This document shows, piece by piece, positions 45,332 to 55,321 of a stretch of 64,000 nucleotides of DNA. The notes under the pieces were generated by a model. That model was not told the origin of the DNA, searched no databases, and saw only the letters and a program-made list of their open reading frames with translations. The stretch comes from an uncultured Gammaproteobacteria bacterium (lineage in GTDB: Bacteria > Pseudomonadota > Gammaproteobacteria > PS1 > Pseudothioglobaceae). The translations under genes were made by a program, and so were the position numbers. The stretch covers positions 2,433 through 66,432 of the forward strand of contig CAXDLF010000002.1 in the NCBI GenBank assembly GCA_963989885.1, read 5' to 3'. The stretch's first letter is position 1; each line of letters opens with the position of its first letter.

Positions 45332-46426
45332 ATGAAAGTAAAAATCAAAAGTCTGCTCATTGCGAGTGCACTGACCTGCTCAGCGCAAATCGCGGTGGCA
45401 GAAGAAAATGTAGTACATGTTTATAATTGGTCGGACTATATCGACGAACAGGTGAACACTGATTTTACAGCCGCAACCGGTATTAAAGTGGTCTATGACG
45501 TGTTTGATTCCAACGAAGTACTAGAAGCTAAACTCTTAGCAGGTGGCTCGGGCTACGATGTAGTTGTGCCTTCAGCTGGATTCTTGGCAAGACAAATTCA
45601 AGCAGGTGTTTTCCAGAAGTTGGACAAATCCAAACTTCCAAACATCGTTAATATGTGGGATGTTGTTGAACAGCGTGTAGAACAGTTTGGACCTCTCAAT
45701 GAATATTCTGTCAATTGGATGTGGGGTACGACTGGCATTGGCTATAACGAAGGCATGATCAATGAAAGAATGGAGAACGCTCCAACCACTTCTCTGGCAA
45801 TGATCTTCGACCCAGATGTTGTATCTAAATTTGCTGATTGTGGTATTCATTTATTGAATGCACCGACAGAAATCATTCCTGCAGCTTTGGCTTATATCGG
45901 TGAAGATCCATCAACATCAGATGCCGAGGTGTTAAAAAAAGCTGAGCCTGTTATAGAAGCAATTCGTCCATATATTCAGAAATTTCATTCATCGCAATAT
46001 ATTGATGCACTTGCCAATGGCGACATCTGTTTAGTTATTGGTTGGTCAGGTGATATCTTTATGGCTCAATATGCAGCCTGGGATGCTGATAATGGCGTTG
46101 AAATTGTTTATTCAATACCTGATGAAGGTGCGCTTATGTGGTTTGATCAGTTGGCCATTCCGAAGGATGCCCCTCACCCTGATAACGCCCACAAGTACAT
46201 CAACTGGACAATGGATCCTCAGCAGATTGCTACAGCAACAAACTATGTTTGGTATGCTAATGGTAATTTAGCTTCTCAGCCACTTCTAGATGAAGAGCTG
46301 TTCAATGATCCAGCAGTCTACCCAACACCTGAAGTTCTTGAAGGTTTGTATACTGTTCCAACTTACGATGCTGCAACACAACGTGTTGTAACTCGTCTTT
46401 GGACCAAGATTACAACAGGAAACTAA
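45332..46426 (+). CDS. potF: Putrescine/spermidine ABC transporter periplasmic binding protein
   Basis: Signal peptide and the PotF/PotD pattern VHVYNWSDYI. Length 364 aa. It is followed by potGHI. Confidence 0.9.
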   Translation: MKVKIKSLLIASALTCSAQIAVAEENVVHVYNWSDYIDEQVNTDFTAATGIKVVYDVFDSNEVLEAKLLAGGSGYDVVVPSAGFLARQIQAGVFQKLDKSKLPNIVNMWDVVEQRVEQFGPLNEYSVNWMWGTTGIGYNEGMINERMENAPTTSLAMIFDPDVVSKFADCGIHLLNAPTEIIPAALAYIGEDPSTSDAEVLKKAEPVIEAIRPYIQKFHSSQYIDALANGDICLVIGWSGDIFMAQYAAWDADNGVEIVYSIPDEGALMWFDQLAIPKDAPHPDNAHKYINWTMDPQQIATATNYVWYANGNLASQPLLDEELFNDPAVYPTPEVLEGLYTVPTYDAATQRVVTRLWTKITTGN

Positions 46427-46440
46427 AACTGCGCTATCTT

Positions 46441-46478
46441 TACCTCCATGGTCTTTTTGCCATGGAGGTATTTTTTTT
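46441..46478 (+). terminator. Rho-independent terminator/attenuator between potF and potG
   Basis: An 11-bp stem TACCTCCATGG / CCATGGAGGTA with an 8-nt loop, followed by T8 (46471-46478). Confidence 0.65.
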
Positions 46479-46490
46479 ATGTTATAGGTT

Positions 46491-47621
46491 ATGACAGAGA
46501 CTAATACAACTGAACCGTGGCTGGATTCAAGCCAGAAACCCTATATTCAAATAGAAAACGTTACAAAAAAATTTGGCGACTTTAAAGCCATAGATAATTT
46601 ATCCTTAGATATATATAAAAATGAGTTCTTCTCATTGTTAGGACCTTCAGGATGTGGAAAAACAACGTTACTCCGAATGCTCGCTGGGTTTGAAAGATTT
46701 ACCGAAGGAAGAGTTCTTGTTGATGGTGAAGATATATCTGAAATCCCACCTCATCTTAGACCAATCAATATGATGTTTCAGTCTTATGCACTGTTTCCAC
46801 ATCTGACTGTTGAAAAGAATATTGCGTTTGGTTTAAAGCAAGACAAATTACCAGATAACATCATCAATGAAAGGGTTGAGGAAATGTTGCAATTAGTTGA
46901 ACTGACTGATTTTGCCAAACGTAAGCCTGGACAACTTTCTGGTGGTCAAAGTCAACGTGTTGCACTCGCAAGAAGCCTAGCTAAACAACCTAAATTGCTC
47001 CTTTTAGATGAACCATTAGGTGCACTAGATAAACGCCTGAGAGAGCAAACACAGTTCGAGTTGATGGACATTCAGGAAAAATTAGAGGTGACTTTTGTTA
47101 TCGTTACTCATGATCAAGAAGAGGCAATGACTGTATCTAGTAGGATAGGTGTAATGGATTCAGGGAAATTGATTCAAGTTGCAACACCTACGCAGATTTA
47201 TGAAGCACCGATCAACAGAGAAGTTGCGGACTTTATTGGTGACGTTAATATCTTCAAAGGTATCTACAAGGGTCAAGATGAAAAGGGAACCCAATTACTC
47301 TCTGAAGATTCAAAGTCGATTATCTATGCAACTCAAAAAGTTGATGTGCCAGTTGGTAATACAATATGGTTTGCATTAAGACCAGAAAAACTTGAAATAA
47401 CAAGAAAATCACCAAAACTTGATTTCAATATTTTGAAAGGAAAAATTGAAGATATCGGTTATGGAGGTAGCTTTTCAACCTATCACGTTAAACTCGAAAA
47501 CGGTAGACAACTTACCGCCATTCGTGCTAACCGTGAACGAACCGCTGAGCACCATTTAACCTGGGGAGATGAGGTTTATCTTCATTGGTCGCCTGACTCT
47601 GCGGTTGTACTTCTTTCTTAG
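46491..47621 (+). CDS. potG: Putrescine ABC transporter ATP-binding protein
   Basis: Walker A GPSGCGKTT, signature LSGGQSQR and Walker B LLLLDEP. It has a C-terminal TOBE-like domain. Confidence 0.9.
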   Translation: MTETNTTEPWLDSSQKPYIQIENVTKKFGDFKAIDNLSLDIYKNEFFSLLGPSGCGKTTLLRMLAGFERFTEGRVLVDGEDISEIPPHLRPINMMFQSYALFPHLTVEKNIAFGLKQDKLPDNIINERVEEMLQLVELTDFAKRKPGQLSGGQSQRVALARSLAKQPKLLLLDEPLGALDKRLREQTQFELMDIQEKLEVTFVIVTHDQEEAMTVSSRIGVMDSGKLIQVATPTQIYEAPINREVADFIGDVNIFKGIYKGQDEKGTQLLSEDSKSIIYATQKVDVPVGNTIWFALRPEKLEITRKSPKLDFNILKGKIEDIGYGGSFSTYHVKLENGRQLTAIRANRERTAEHHLTWGDEVYLHWSPDSAVVLLS

Positions 47622-47635
47622 TTATATCTAATTTT

Positions 47636-48547
47636 ATGACCAATCAAGTAAAAAAGAGTTTATTTAAACGCACTTTTAATGGAAGGAATGCAGCCATTTC
47701 AATTCCCTATCTTTGGCTACTCTTATTGTTTTTATTTCCATTTGTTATTGTTCTGAAAATTAGTCTTGCTCAGCCTGTTATCGCCATGCCTCCTTATACA
47801 CCACTTTTTAGTTGGGGCGATTCATTATGGCCAAAAATACAAGCAGGCTTAGATAGTTATCTTTTCCTTTTTAGTGACTCACTCTATATCAAGGCCTATC
47901 TTTCTAGTATAAAAATTGCAACGATCTCAACAGTTTTGACCCTCATCATTGGTTATGCGATAGCTTATAGTATTGCTAGGGCACCGACACGTTGGCGAGG
48001 TATTTTATTGATGTTGGTCATTCTTCCTTTCTGGACGTCATTCCTTATACGTGTCTATGCTTGGATAGGTATTTTAAAGACTGAAGGCTTGTTAAATTTA
48101 GCCTTAATGACATTAGGGATAATCGAAAAACCTCTCATTATTATGAATACCGACCTCGCGGTCTATATCGGCATCGTCTATTCCTACTTGCCGTTTATGA
48201 TCTTGCCACTCTATGCAAATCTAGAAAAAATGGATATGAATCTGTTAGAGGCAGCAGCTGATCTAGGTTGTCGACCATTTAAAACTTTCTGGACTGTAAC
48301 GATACCTTTATCTTTACCGGGAATACTTGCTGGCTGTTTTCTTGTCTTTATTCCTGTTATTGGCGAATTTGTTATTCCAGACCTACTAGGTGGAACAAAA
48401 ACCCTCATGATTGGTAAAGTTCTTTGGGGTGAATTCTTCTATAACAGAGACTGGCCGGTAGCATCTGCTGTTGCTATTATTATGCTATTGCTTCTAATAG
48501 TTCCAATTATTTTCTATCAAAAATCGCAAGAAAAGGCCATATCATGA
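47636..48547 (+). CDS. potH: Putrescine ABC transporter permease
   Basis: Six TM helices and EAA loop LEAAADLGCRPFKTFWTVTIP. Confidence 0.9.
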   Translation: MTNQVKKSLFKRTFNGRNAAISIPYLWLLLLFLFPFVIVLKISLAQPVIAMPPYTPLFSWGDSLWPKIQAGLDSYLFLFSDSLYIKAYLSSIKIATISTVLTLIIGYAIAYSIARAPTRWRGILLMLVILPFWTSFLIRVYAWIGILKTEGLLNLALMTLGIIEKPLIIMNTDLAVYIGIVYSYLPFMILPLYANLEKMDMNLLEAAADLGCRPFKTFWTVTIPLSLPGILAGCFLVFIPVIGEFVIPDLLGGTKTLMIGKVLWGEFFYNRDWPVASAVAIIMLLLLIVPIIFYQKSQEKAIS

Positions 48548-49338
48548 CAAGGTTCAGTAAATTTAATGTATCAGCCATAATCTTAGGATTTACGTTTCTT
48601 TATTTGCCGATCATCCTTTTGATTTTGTTTAGTTTTAATGAATCTAGATTGGTCACCGTTTGGGCAGGATTTTCAACAAAATGGTATGTTGAACTGATGC
48701 AAAACCAAGGCATCAAAGATGCAGCTTGGGTAACCTTCAAGGTTGCCTTGATTTCTTCTACAGTAGCTACATTCTTAGGAACTATTGCAGGACTTGTAAT
48801 GACGCGTTTTGGTAAATTTAGGGGTAGAACTCTTTTTTCTGGAATGATTTATGCGCCTATGGTAATGCCAGAGGTTATATTAGGCTTATCAACCCTCCTT
48901 ACATTTATAACATTAGCTATTGATAGAGGCGTTTTAACAGTAACACTGGCTCATATAACTTTTTCGATGTGCTATGTTTCGGTCATTATTCAGTCCAGAA
49001 TGACCAGTTATGATGATAGCATTACTGAAGCAGCACTCGATTTGGGTTGTACACCCTTTCGTACTTTCTTGTTAATCACATTCCCAATTATATTACCGGC
49101 AGTTGTGGCGGGTTGGCTATTATCATTCACCATGTCACTTGATGACCTCGTCATAGCAAGCTTTACTTCTGGCCCTGGTTCAACCACACTACCAATGAAA
49201 ATATATTCAATGGTCAGGCTTGGAGTTACCCCAGAGATTAACGCCGTCTCTACAATCTTAGTTGGCTTGGTTGCAGCCGGCGTTATCACTGCATCTTTCA
49301 TTGGCAAAAGGCAAAAACAGCAACTGGCTCAAAGCTAA
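48544..49338 (+). CDS. potI: Putrescine ABC transporter permease
   Basis: EAA loop TEAALDLGCTPFRTFLLITFP. ATGA overlap with potH. Confidence 0.9.
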   Translation: MTRFSKFNVSAIILGFTFLYLPIILLILFSFNESRLVTVWAGFSTKWYVELMQNQGIKDAAWVTFKVALISSTVATFLGTIAGLVMTRFGKFRGRTLFSGMIYAPMVMPEVILGLSTLLTFITLAIDRGVLTVTLAHITFSMCYVSVIIQSRMTSYDDSITEAALDLGCTPFRTFLLITFPIILPAVVAGWLLSFTMSLDDLVIASFTSGPGSTTLPMKIYSMVRLGVTPEINAVSTILVGLVAAGVITASFIGKRQKQQLAQS

Positions 49339-49422
49339 TAAAGTTAAATATCATAAAAATATAATTAAGGGTATTATAATTTGCGACTTCTAAAACATTA
49401 ACTGGACAATTTGGATAAACAT

Positions 49423-50877
49423 ATGCTGAACAATACTGAGCTCTTAAAAACTGCTGGATATATCAACGGTCAATGGCTGGGTTTCGACTCCAACAATAGA
49501 TTTGAAGTAAAGAACGCTTACACCAAAGAAGTCATCTGTACGCTTCCAGAAATGGGTGCAAAAGAAACAAATATGGCTATTGATGCTGCAAACCAGGCCT
49601 GGCCAAGTTGGCGAAGTATGACTGCCAAAGAAAGAGCTGGTGTTTTAAAAAATTGGTTTGATTTGGTTATGAAGAATCTGGAAGACTTGGCTACCTTGAT
49701 GACATTGGAGCAAGGCAAACCATTGGCAGAGGCTAGAGGTGAAGTCGGATATGGTGCTTCATTTATCGAGTGGTTTGCTGAGGAAGGGAAAAGAACCTAT
49801 GGCGATGTTATCCCTACACCTGCTAATGACCGTAGAATTTTAGTCATCAAACAACCTATAGGCGTTGTTGCCGCGATTACACCATGGAATTTTCCGATTG
49901 CAATGATTACAAGAAAGTGTGCTCCCGCACTCGCTGCCGGCTGTCCAGTGGTAATTAAACCTGCCGCTGAAACCCCTCTCTCAGCTTTGGCGTTAGCAGA
50001 ACTTGCGGACCAGGCAGGCATTCCAAAAGGCATTCTTAATGTGGTTGTGGGAACTAAAGCAAGCGAAATTGGTACCGCACTAACTGACAGTCCGATTGTA
50101 CGAAAACTCTCTTTTACTGGCTCCACATCAGTGGGCAAAATTCTGACTCGAAACTGTGCAGATACAATGAAAAAGGTCTCTATGGAGTTAGGAGGCAACG
50201 CTCCATTTATTGTTTTTGATGATGCTGACTTGGATTCGGCAGTAGCAGGTGCTATGACATCAAAATTTCGCAACACCGGACAAACATGCGTTTGTAGTAA
50301 TCGTATCCTAGTACAGGAAGGTATTTACGATAAATTTGTCGCTAAATTGTCTGAAGCGGTTAAAACACTTAAGGTTGGAAATGGCATGAATGAAGGAATT
50401 AATCAAGGCCCTTTAATTAATGAAAGCGCGCTCAAAAAAGTCCAGGATCATATCTCGGATGCTGTCGATAAGGGTGCAGTTATTGTCACTGGAGGTAAAC
50501 CACACTCGAGCGGCGGTACGTTGTTCGAGCCAACCGTGATTGGCAATGTAACAACTTCGATGAAGGTTGCATCTGAAGAAACCTTTGGACCTCTAGCACC
50601 TGTTTTTAAGTTTTCAACCGAAAAACAGGCGATTGAGATGGCCAACGACACCGAGTTTGGTCTAGCATCTTTCTTTTATACAAACGACGTAAATCGAATT
50701 TGGCGGGTTTCAGAAGCCTTGGAGTACGGAATGGTCGGTGTCAATGAGGGCATTATTTCCAACGAAGTTGCCCCTTTTGGTGGGGTTAAAGAGTCCGGCC
50801 TAGGTCGAGAAGGTTCTCATTACGGAATTGAAGATTTCCTTGAACTAAAATATATCTGTATGGGTGGTTTAAGCTAG
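49423..50877 (+). CDS. gabD: Succinate-semialdehyde dehydrogenase (NADP+)
   Basis: Collinear by eye with E. coli GabD (TLEQGKPLAEARGEV; ITPWNFPIAMITRK; ELGGNAPFIVFDDADL; GQTCVCSNR). The ATG at 49423 is preferred over the TTG at 49411. Confidence 0.9.
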   Translation: MLNNTELLKTAGYINGQWLGFDSNNRFEVKNAYTKEVICTLPEMGAKETNMAIDAANQAWPSWRSMTAKERAGVLKNWFDLVMKNLEDLATLMTLEQGKPLAEARGEVGYGASFIEWFAEEGKRTYGDVIPTPANDRRILVIKQPIGVVAAITPWNFPIAMITRKCAPALAAGCPVVIKPAAETPLSALALAELADQAGIPKGILNVVVGTKASEIGTALTDSPIVRKLSFTGSTSVGKILTRNCADTMKKVSMELGGNAPFIVFDDADLDSAVAGAMTSKFRNTGQTCVCSNRILVQEGIYDKFVAKLSEAVKTLKVGNGMNEGINQGPLINESALKKVQDHISDAVDKGAVIVTGGKPHSSGGTLFEPTVIGNVTTSMKVASEETFGPLAPVFKFSTEKQAIEMANDTEFGLASFFYTNDVNRIWRVSEALEYGMVGVNEGIISNEVAPFGGVKESGLGREGSHYGIEDFLELKYICMGGLS

Positions 50878-50963
50878 AAAATAACTACTTTGTAAAGTTA
50901 AAAACAACTCAACAATTCTGACAATATTTTTAAACATGATTGATAGTGGGGCTTTTAACTGCT

Positions 50964-50972
50964 TGGTATAAT
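50964..50972 (+). promoter_or_regulatory. Candidate extended -10 promoter (TGgTATAAT) for hom-thrC
   Basis: TGGTATAAT lies 31 nt upstream of the hom ATG. There is no convincing -35 element. Confidence 0.3.
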
Positions 50973-51002
50973 GCTGTTTTTCGTATTTATTAAAAGAAGC
51001 AG

Positions 51003-52280
51003 ATGAAAGTTGGAATTCTCGGTCTTGGAACTGTCGGTGGTGGCGTTGTCAATCTACTTCAAAAAAATGGCGCATCGATAGAGCGTCGCACAGGAGTAAA
51101 CATTGAGGTTATTTTGGCAGGTGTTCGAGACATCAAGCAAGATCGTATTTGTGATACCTCGAATATCAAGCTTACTGAAGACCCATTCGAGGTAGTCAAT
51201 CACCCCGAAATCGATGTAGTTTTAGAGCTCATCGGAGGAACTGGTGTGACCAAGAAATTGATTGAAACTGCTATTAACAATGGCAAGCATGTCATTACCG
51301 CCAACAAGGCGCTTATTGCCAAACATGGTAATAAGCTAATCCAATCAGCCAATAAAAACAAAGTTCGACTTCTATTCGAAGCCTCTGTCGCAGGTGGAAT
51401 TCCAATCATTAAATCATTGGAACAGGGACTTAGCGCCAATAAAATTGAATCACTTGCTGGCATCATTAATGGAACAGGGAACTTTATCCTTACTGAAATG
51501 AAAGAGAAAGGCAGAGATTTTGATGATGTCCTTAAGGAAGCTCAAGCATTAGGCTACGCTGAAGCAGACCCAACCTTTGATGTGGAGGGTATCGATGCTG
51601 CGCACAAATTATCTATACTTGCAGCAATTGCCTTTGGCACTGAGCTTCAATTTGACAAAGTTTTTACCAAAGGCATTAGCAACATCACCACTGAAGATAT
51701 TAAATATGCCACTGAATTGGGTTATACGATTAAGCACCTAGGTATTGCTAAGAGAGTTGGTAATGGAATCGAATTAAGGGTCCACCCTACCTTGATTTCT
51801 AACGAACAGCTTATCGCCAATGTCAATGGCGTGATGAATGCCGTTCTCGTTAAAGGCGACGCTTTAGGAACAAGCCTATACTATGGAGCAGGTGCTGGTG
51901 AAGAAGCAACTGCATCCTCTGTTATTGCAGACCTCGTAGATATCATTAACAATCAAACCAGTAACCATATCTTAGGCTGGAAATCACAAGAAAAGCTCAC
52001 TGTCATTGACACCGAATCAATAGACAGCGAATTTTATTTACGCCTCCTGGTAAGTAATATGAAAGGTGTACTTGCTCAAATTACTGGTATTTTTCATAAA
52101 TATAATGTAAGCATCGAGGAACTCATTCAAAAACAAATAGATGAGAACAATAACGCTCATATTGCCATCATTACCAATAAAGTTAACACTCAAGACATTA
52201 TGGGCATTAAAGCAGCCATAGAAGCTAGTGAATTTAATCAACTTGATATGCAAATTATTCACGTTGAATCAATTGACTAG
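51003..52280 (+). CDS. hom: Homoserine dehydrogenase (with C-terminal ACT domain)
   Basis: NAD fold VGILGLGTVGGGV and catalytic region ANKALIA...EASVAGGIPII. Length 425 aa. Confidence 0.9.
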   Translation: MKVGILGLGTVGGGVVNLLQKNGASIERRTGVNIEVILAGVRDIKQDRICDTSNIKLTEDPFEVVNHPEIDVVLELIGGTGVTKKLIETAINNGKHVITANKALIAKHGNKLIQSANKNKVRLLFEASVAGGIPIIKSLEQGLSANKIESLAGIINGTGNFILTEMKEKGRDFDDVLKEAQALGYAEADPTFDVEGIDAAHKLSILAAIAFGTELQFDKVFTKGISNITTEDIKYATELGYTIKHLGIAKRVGNGIELRVHPTLISNEQLIANVNGVMNAVLVKGDALGTSLYYGAGAGEEATASSVIADLVDIINNQTSNHILGWKSQEKLTVIDTESIDSEFYLRLLVSNMKGVLAQITGIFHKYNVSIEELIQKQIDENNNAHIAIITNKVNTQDIMGIKAAIEASEFNQLDMQIIHVESID

Positions 52281-52295
52281 ATAAAAAGAATCGAT

Positions 52296-53363
52296 ATGAG
52301 ATACACAGGTCTAATTGAAAAATACCGAGATAGACTACCGATCGGTGATAGCACTCGTATCATCAGCCTAGGTGAAGGCAATACGCCACTCATAAAGCTA
52401 CAAAACATTCCAAAAGAACTAGGCAAAGAAGTCCATCTATACGTGAAATATGAAGGACTAAACCCTACAGGCTCATTTAAAGATCGTGGCATGACGATGG
52501 CGGTTACAAAGGCTGTCGAAAGTGGCTCTGAAGCAATTATTTGCGCCTCGACAGGCAACACCTCAGCAGCAGCAGCAGCTTACGCAGCTCGTGCAGGCAT
52601 CAAAGCATTTGTTATTATTCCTGAGGGCAAGATTGCGCTCGGAAAATTGGCCCAAGCTATGATACATGGCTCTACTATTATTCAGATCAAAGGAAACTTT
52701 GATGACGGCATGCAGATTGTCAAAGAGATTGCCGAGCATGCTCCAGTTTCAATAGTGAATTCGATTAATCCGTTTCGTCTTCAAGGTCAAAAAACAGCCG
52801 CATTTGAGATTATTGAAGAACTAGGTTCTGCACCAGACTATCACTGCTTGCCGGTTGGCAATGCAGGAAATATTACCGCATACTGGATGGGTTATACCGA
52901 ATATCATGAGATTGGTAAATCAGATTCAACTCCAACAATGCTTGGCTATCAAGCGGAAGGTGCAGCGCCATTTATAAAAGGGTCTAAGGTTGACAATCCT
53001 GAAACGATTGCGACTGCTATTAGAATCGGCAACCCACAGAGCTGGGATCAGGCCCTCAAACTAAGCAAAGAGTCTAATGGTTGGTTTGATGCCTTTTCGG
53101 ATAAGGAAATTTTATCTACCCAAAAAATGTTGACCGAGGAGGAAGGTATTTTTTGTGAACCCGCTTCAGCGACCTCTGTTGCCGGCGCCTTGAAAGATAT
53201 TAAATTAGGTAAAATACCCGAAGGTTCCAGTGTTGTATGCACACTTACAGGTCACGGTCTCAAAGACCCAGATACTGCTATTTCTCAATGCGATCAAAAT
53301 GCAATGATTAATGTTAATCCAACTCTGGAGGAAGTTAAAAAGGCCATATTAGACCAAATGTAG
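52296..53363 (+). CDS. thrC: Threonine synthase
   Basis: PLP-lysine motif NPTGSFKDRG and ASTGNTSAAAAAYAA. Length 355 aa. It directly follows hom. Confidence 0.9.
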   Translation: MRYTGLIEKYRDRLPIGDSTRIISLGEGNTPLIKLQNIPKELGKEVHLYVKYEGLNPTGSFKDRGMTMAVTKAVESGSEAIICASTGNTSAAAAAYAARAGIKAFVIIPEGKIALGKLAQAMIHGSTIIQIKGNFDDGMQIVKEIAEHAPVSIVNSINPFRLQGQKTAAFEIIEELGSAPDYHCLPVGNAGNITAYWMGYTEYHEIGKSDSTPTMLGYQAEGAAPFIKGSKVDNPETIATAIRIGNPQSWDQALKLSKESNGWFDAFSDKEILSTQKMLTEEEGIFCEPASATSVAGALKDIKLGKIPEGSSVVCTLTGHGLKDPDTAISQCDQNAMINVNPTLEEVKKAILDQM

Positions 53364-53412
53364 TTCTAGTAGAGGCTTTATAGAATAATTATTAAACTAG
53401 AGCTATCAATTT

Positions 53413-54312
53413 ATGAGTAACCGGCATTACAAAACCATCGATCAATTTGTTGGCGATACTCCATTAGTTCGCCTTCAAAGGTTAAATCCTAATCCATCCA
53501 ATACTATTCTTGCCAAACTAGAGGGCGATAACCCTGCAGGTTCAGTCAAAGACCGTGCCGCTCTCAATATGATTACCGAAGCCGAGAAAAGAGGTGAAAT
53601 TAGTCCTGGTGATACGCTCATAGAGGCGACCAGTGGCAATACAGGTATCGCACTTGCGATGATAGCTGCAATTAAAGGATATAAAATGATCCTGGTGATG
53701 CAAGAAAACCTCTCCCAAGAAAGAAGAGATGCGATGACAGCCTATGGTGCTGAATTAATTCTCGTTTCTGAAGAACAGGGAATGGAAGGAGCGCGTGACC
53801 TCGCTAACCAAATGAGTACAGAAAAAAAAGGCACCCAACTTAACCAATTTTCTAATCAAGACAACCCGAAAGCTCATTTAAAAACCACCGCAAAAGAAAT
53901 TTGGCAAGACACAAATGGTGAAATCACTCACTTTGTCAGTTCAATGGGAACCACTGGAACGATTATGGGAGTCTCTAAGTACTTAAAAAAGAAAAACCCA
54001 AAAATTCAGATTGTGGGGATTCAACCTGACGGTGATTCACATATACCAGGCATTCGACGTTGGCCTGAGGGCTATCTTCCCAGCATTTTTGAGGCTTCCA
54101 GAGTCGATACAATAATGGATGTTTCTCAAAATAGCGCAGAACAAACAACCAGAGATTTAGCGACCCAAGAGGGTATTTTTGCAGGCGTTTCCTCTGGAGG
54201 AGCGGTCGCCTGTGCCATCAGACTTTCAAAAAAAATCAACGATGCTGTAATTGTCACCGTTATTTGTGATCGAGGAGATAGATACCTGTCTACAGGCATT
54301 TTTAAAGATTAA
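53413..54312 (+). CDS. cysM: Cysteine synthase B-type (O-acetylserine sulfhydrylase)
   Basis: NPAGSVKDRAA PLP-lysine motif and TSGNTGIALA. Length 299 aa. Confidence 0.8.
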   Translation: MSNRHYKTIDQFVGDTPLVRLQRLNPNPSNTILAKLEGDNPAGSVKDRAALNMITEAEKRGEISPGDTLIEATSGNTGIALAMIAAIKGYKMILVMQENLSQERRDAMTAYGAELILVSEEQGMEGARDLANQMSTEKKGTQLNQFSNQDNPKAHLKTTAKEIWQDTNGEITHFVSSMGTTGTIMGVSKYLKKKNPKIQIVGIQPDGDSHIPGIRRWPEGYLPSIFEASRVDTIMDVSQNSAEQTTRDLATQEGIFAGVSSGGAVACAIRLSKKINDAVIVTVICDRGDRYLSTGIFKD

Positions 54313-54421
54313 TTAAGAGAATTTCAGGTTAAAGTTTTACCAACTTTGACACAAATAATCTAACTATTCATTCCCCAAAGATGTGTACAATAATACTCTC
54401 ATAAATAAAAAGGAGAAGTAA

Positions 54422-55279
54422 ATGAATATTAAGTTTGGCCTTAAAAAGGCAACTATAGTTCTTACAGCTGCCTTATTGTCATTGAACATGTCAGCTAAGG
54501 CTGGCGCTGTTTATGATTACATTAAAGCAAACAACGAACTAATGATTGCCACTGATGCAAACTGGGCTCCATTCTCGTACATTGACGATAATGGTGAGAT
54601 GCAGGGATTCGATGTCGAAGTGGGCAGAGAAATTGCAAAACGTATGGGTGTTGAAGCTCGTTTCATAACACCTGCATGGGACGTTATCACTTCAGGAAAT
54701 TGGAACATGCGTTGGGATGTCTCTGTTGGATCTATGACGCCAACTGAAAGTCGTTCTGAAGTATTGAACTTTCCAGCAACCTACTACTACACCCCGGCAA
54801 GTTTCGCTGTACACACAGATTCACCAATAACAACACTAGCTGGACTGAATGGAAAAACTATCTGTACCACTGCAGCATCAACTTGGGAGATGTATCTTCA
54901 GGGCAACCTAGATATGCTTAATGCTCCTGCGTTCACTTATGACGTGACACCGGGCGCAATTACCTCATTGGTAGACGGTGCGGCATGTTTGGATGATGTT
55001 CGTTTAGGTGCAGGCGTTCGAAATGATGGTTTTATTGATTCAGTGCCAATGATACAAGGAGCTATAGAAGCTGGTTATCCGATTCGTTTCTTAGGAGATC
55101 CTGCTTTCTATGAACCTCTTTCATTAGCGACTGACAAGGGTAATGATGACCCTGAACTAGATGCAGAACTTGCTAGAATCATTGCTGAAATGCAGAAAGA
55201 CTACACTTTGAGTTTGTTGTCAATTCAGCACTTTAAAAATGCAGACGGCAGTGCTGAAGACTACACTGTTGCCTTCTAA
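54422..55279 (+). CDS. Polar amino-acid ABC transporter substrate-binding protein (family 3)
   Basis: Signal peptide and SBP_bac_3 pattern LMIATDANWAPFSYIDDNGEMQGFDVEVGREIAKRMG. Confidence 0.85.
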   Translation: MNIKFGLKKATIVLTAALLSLNMSAKAGAVYDYIKANNELMIATDANWAPFSYIDDNGEMQGFDVEVGREIAKRMGVEARFITPAWDVITSGNWNMRWDVSVGSMTPTESRSEVLNFPATYYYTPASFAVHTDSPITTLAGLNGKTICTTAASTWEMYLQGNLDMLNAPAFTYDVTPGAITSLVDGAACLDDVRLGAGVRNDGFIDSVPMIQGAIEAGYPIRFLGDPAFYEPLSLATDKGNDDPELDAELARIIAEMQKDYTLSLLSIQHFKNADGSAEDYTVAF

Positions 55280-55321
55280 TAGGATTTGTAAGTTAGTTTT
55301 AGTTAGAGTATAGAAAAAGGT

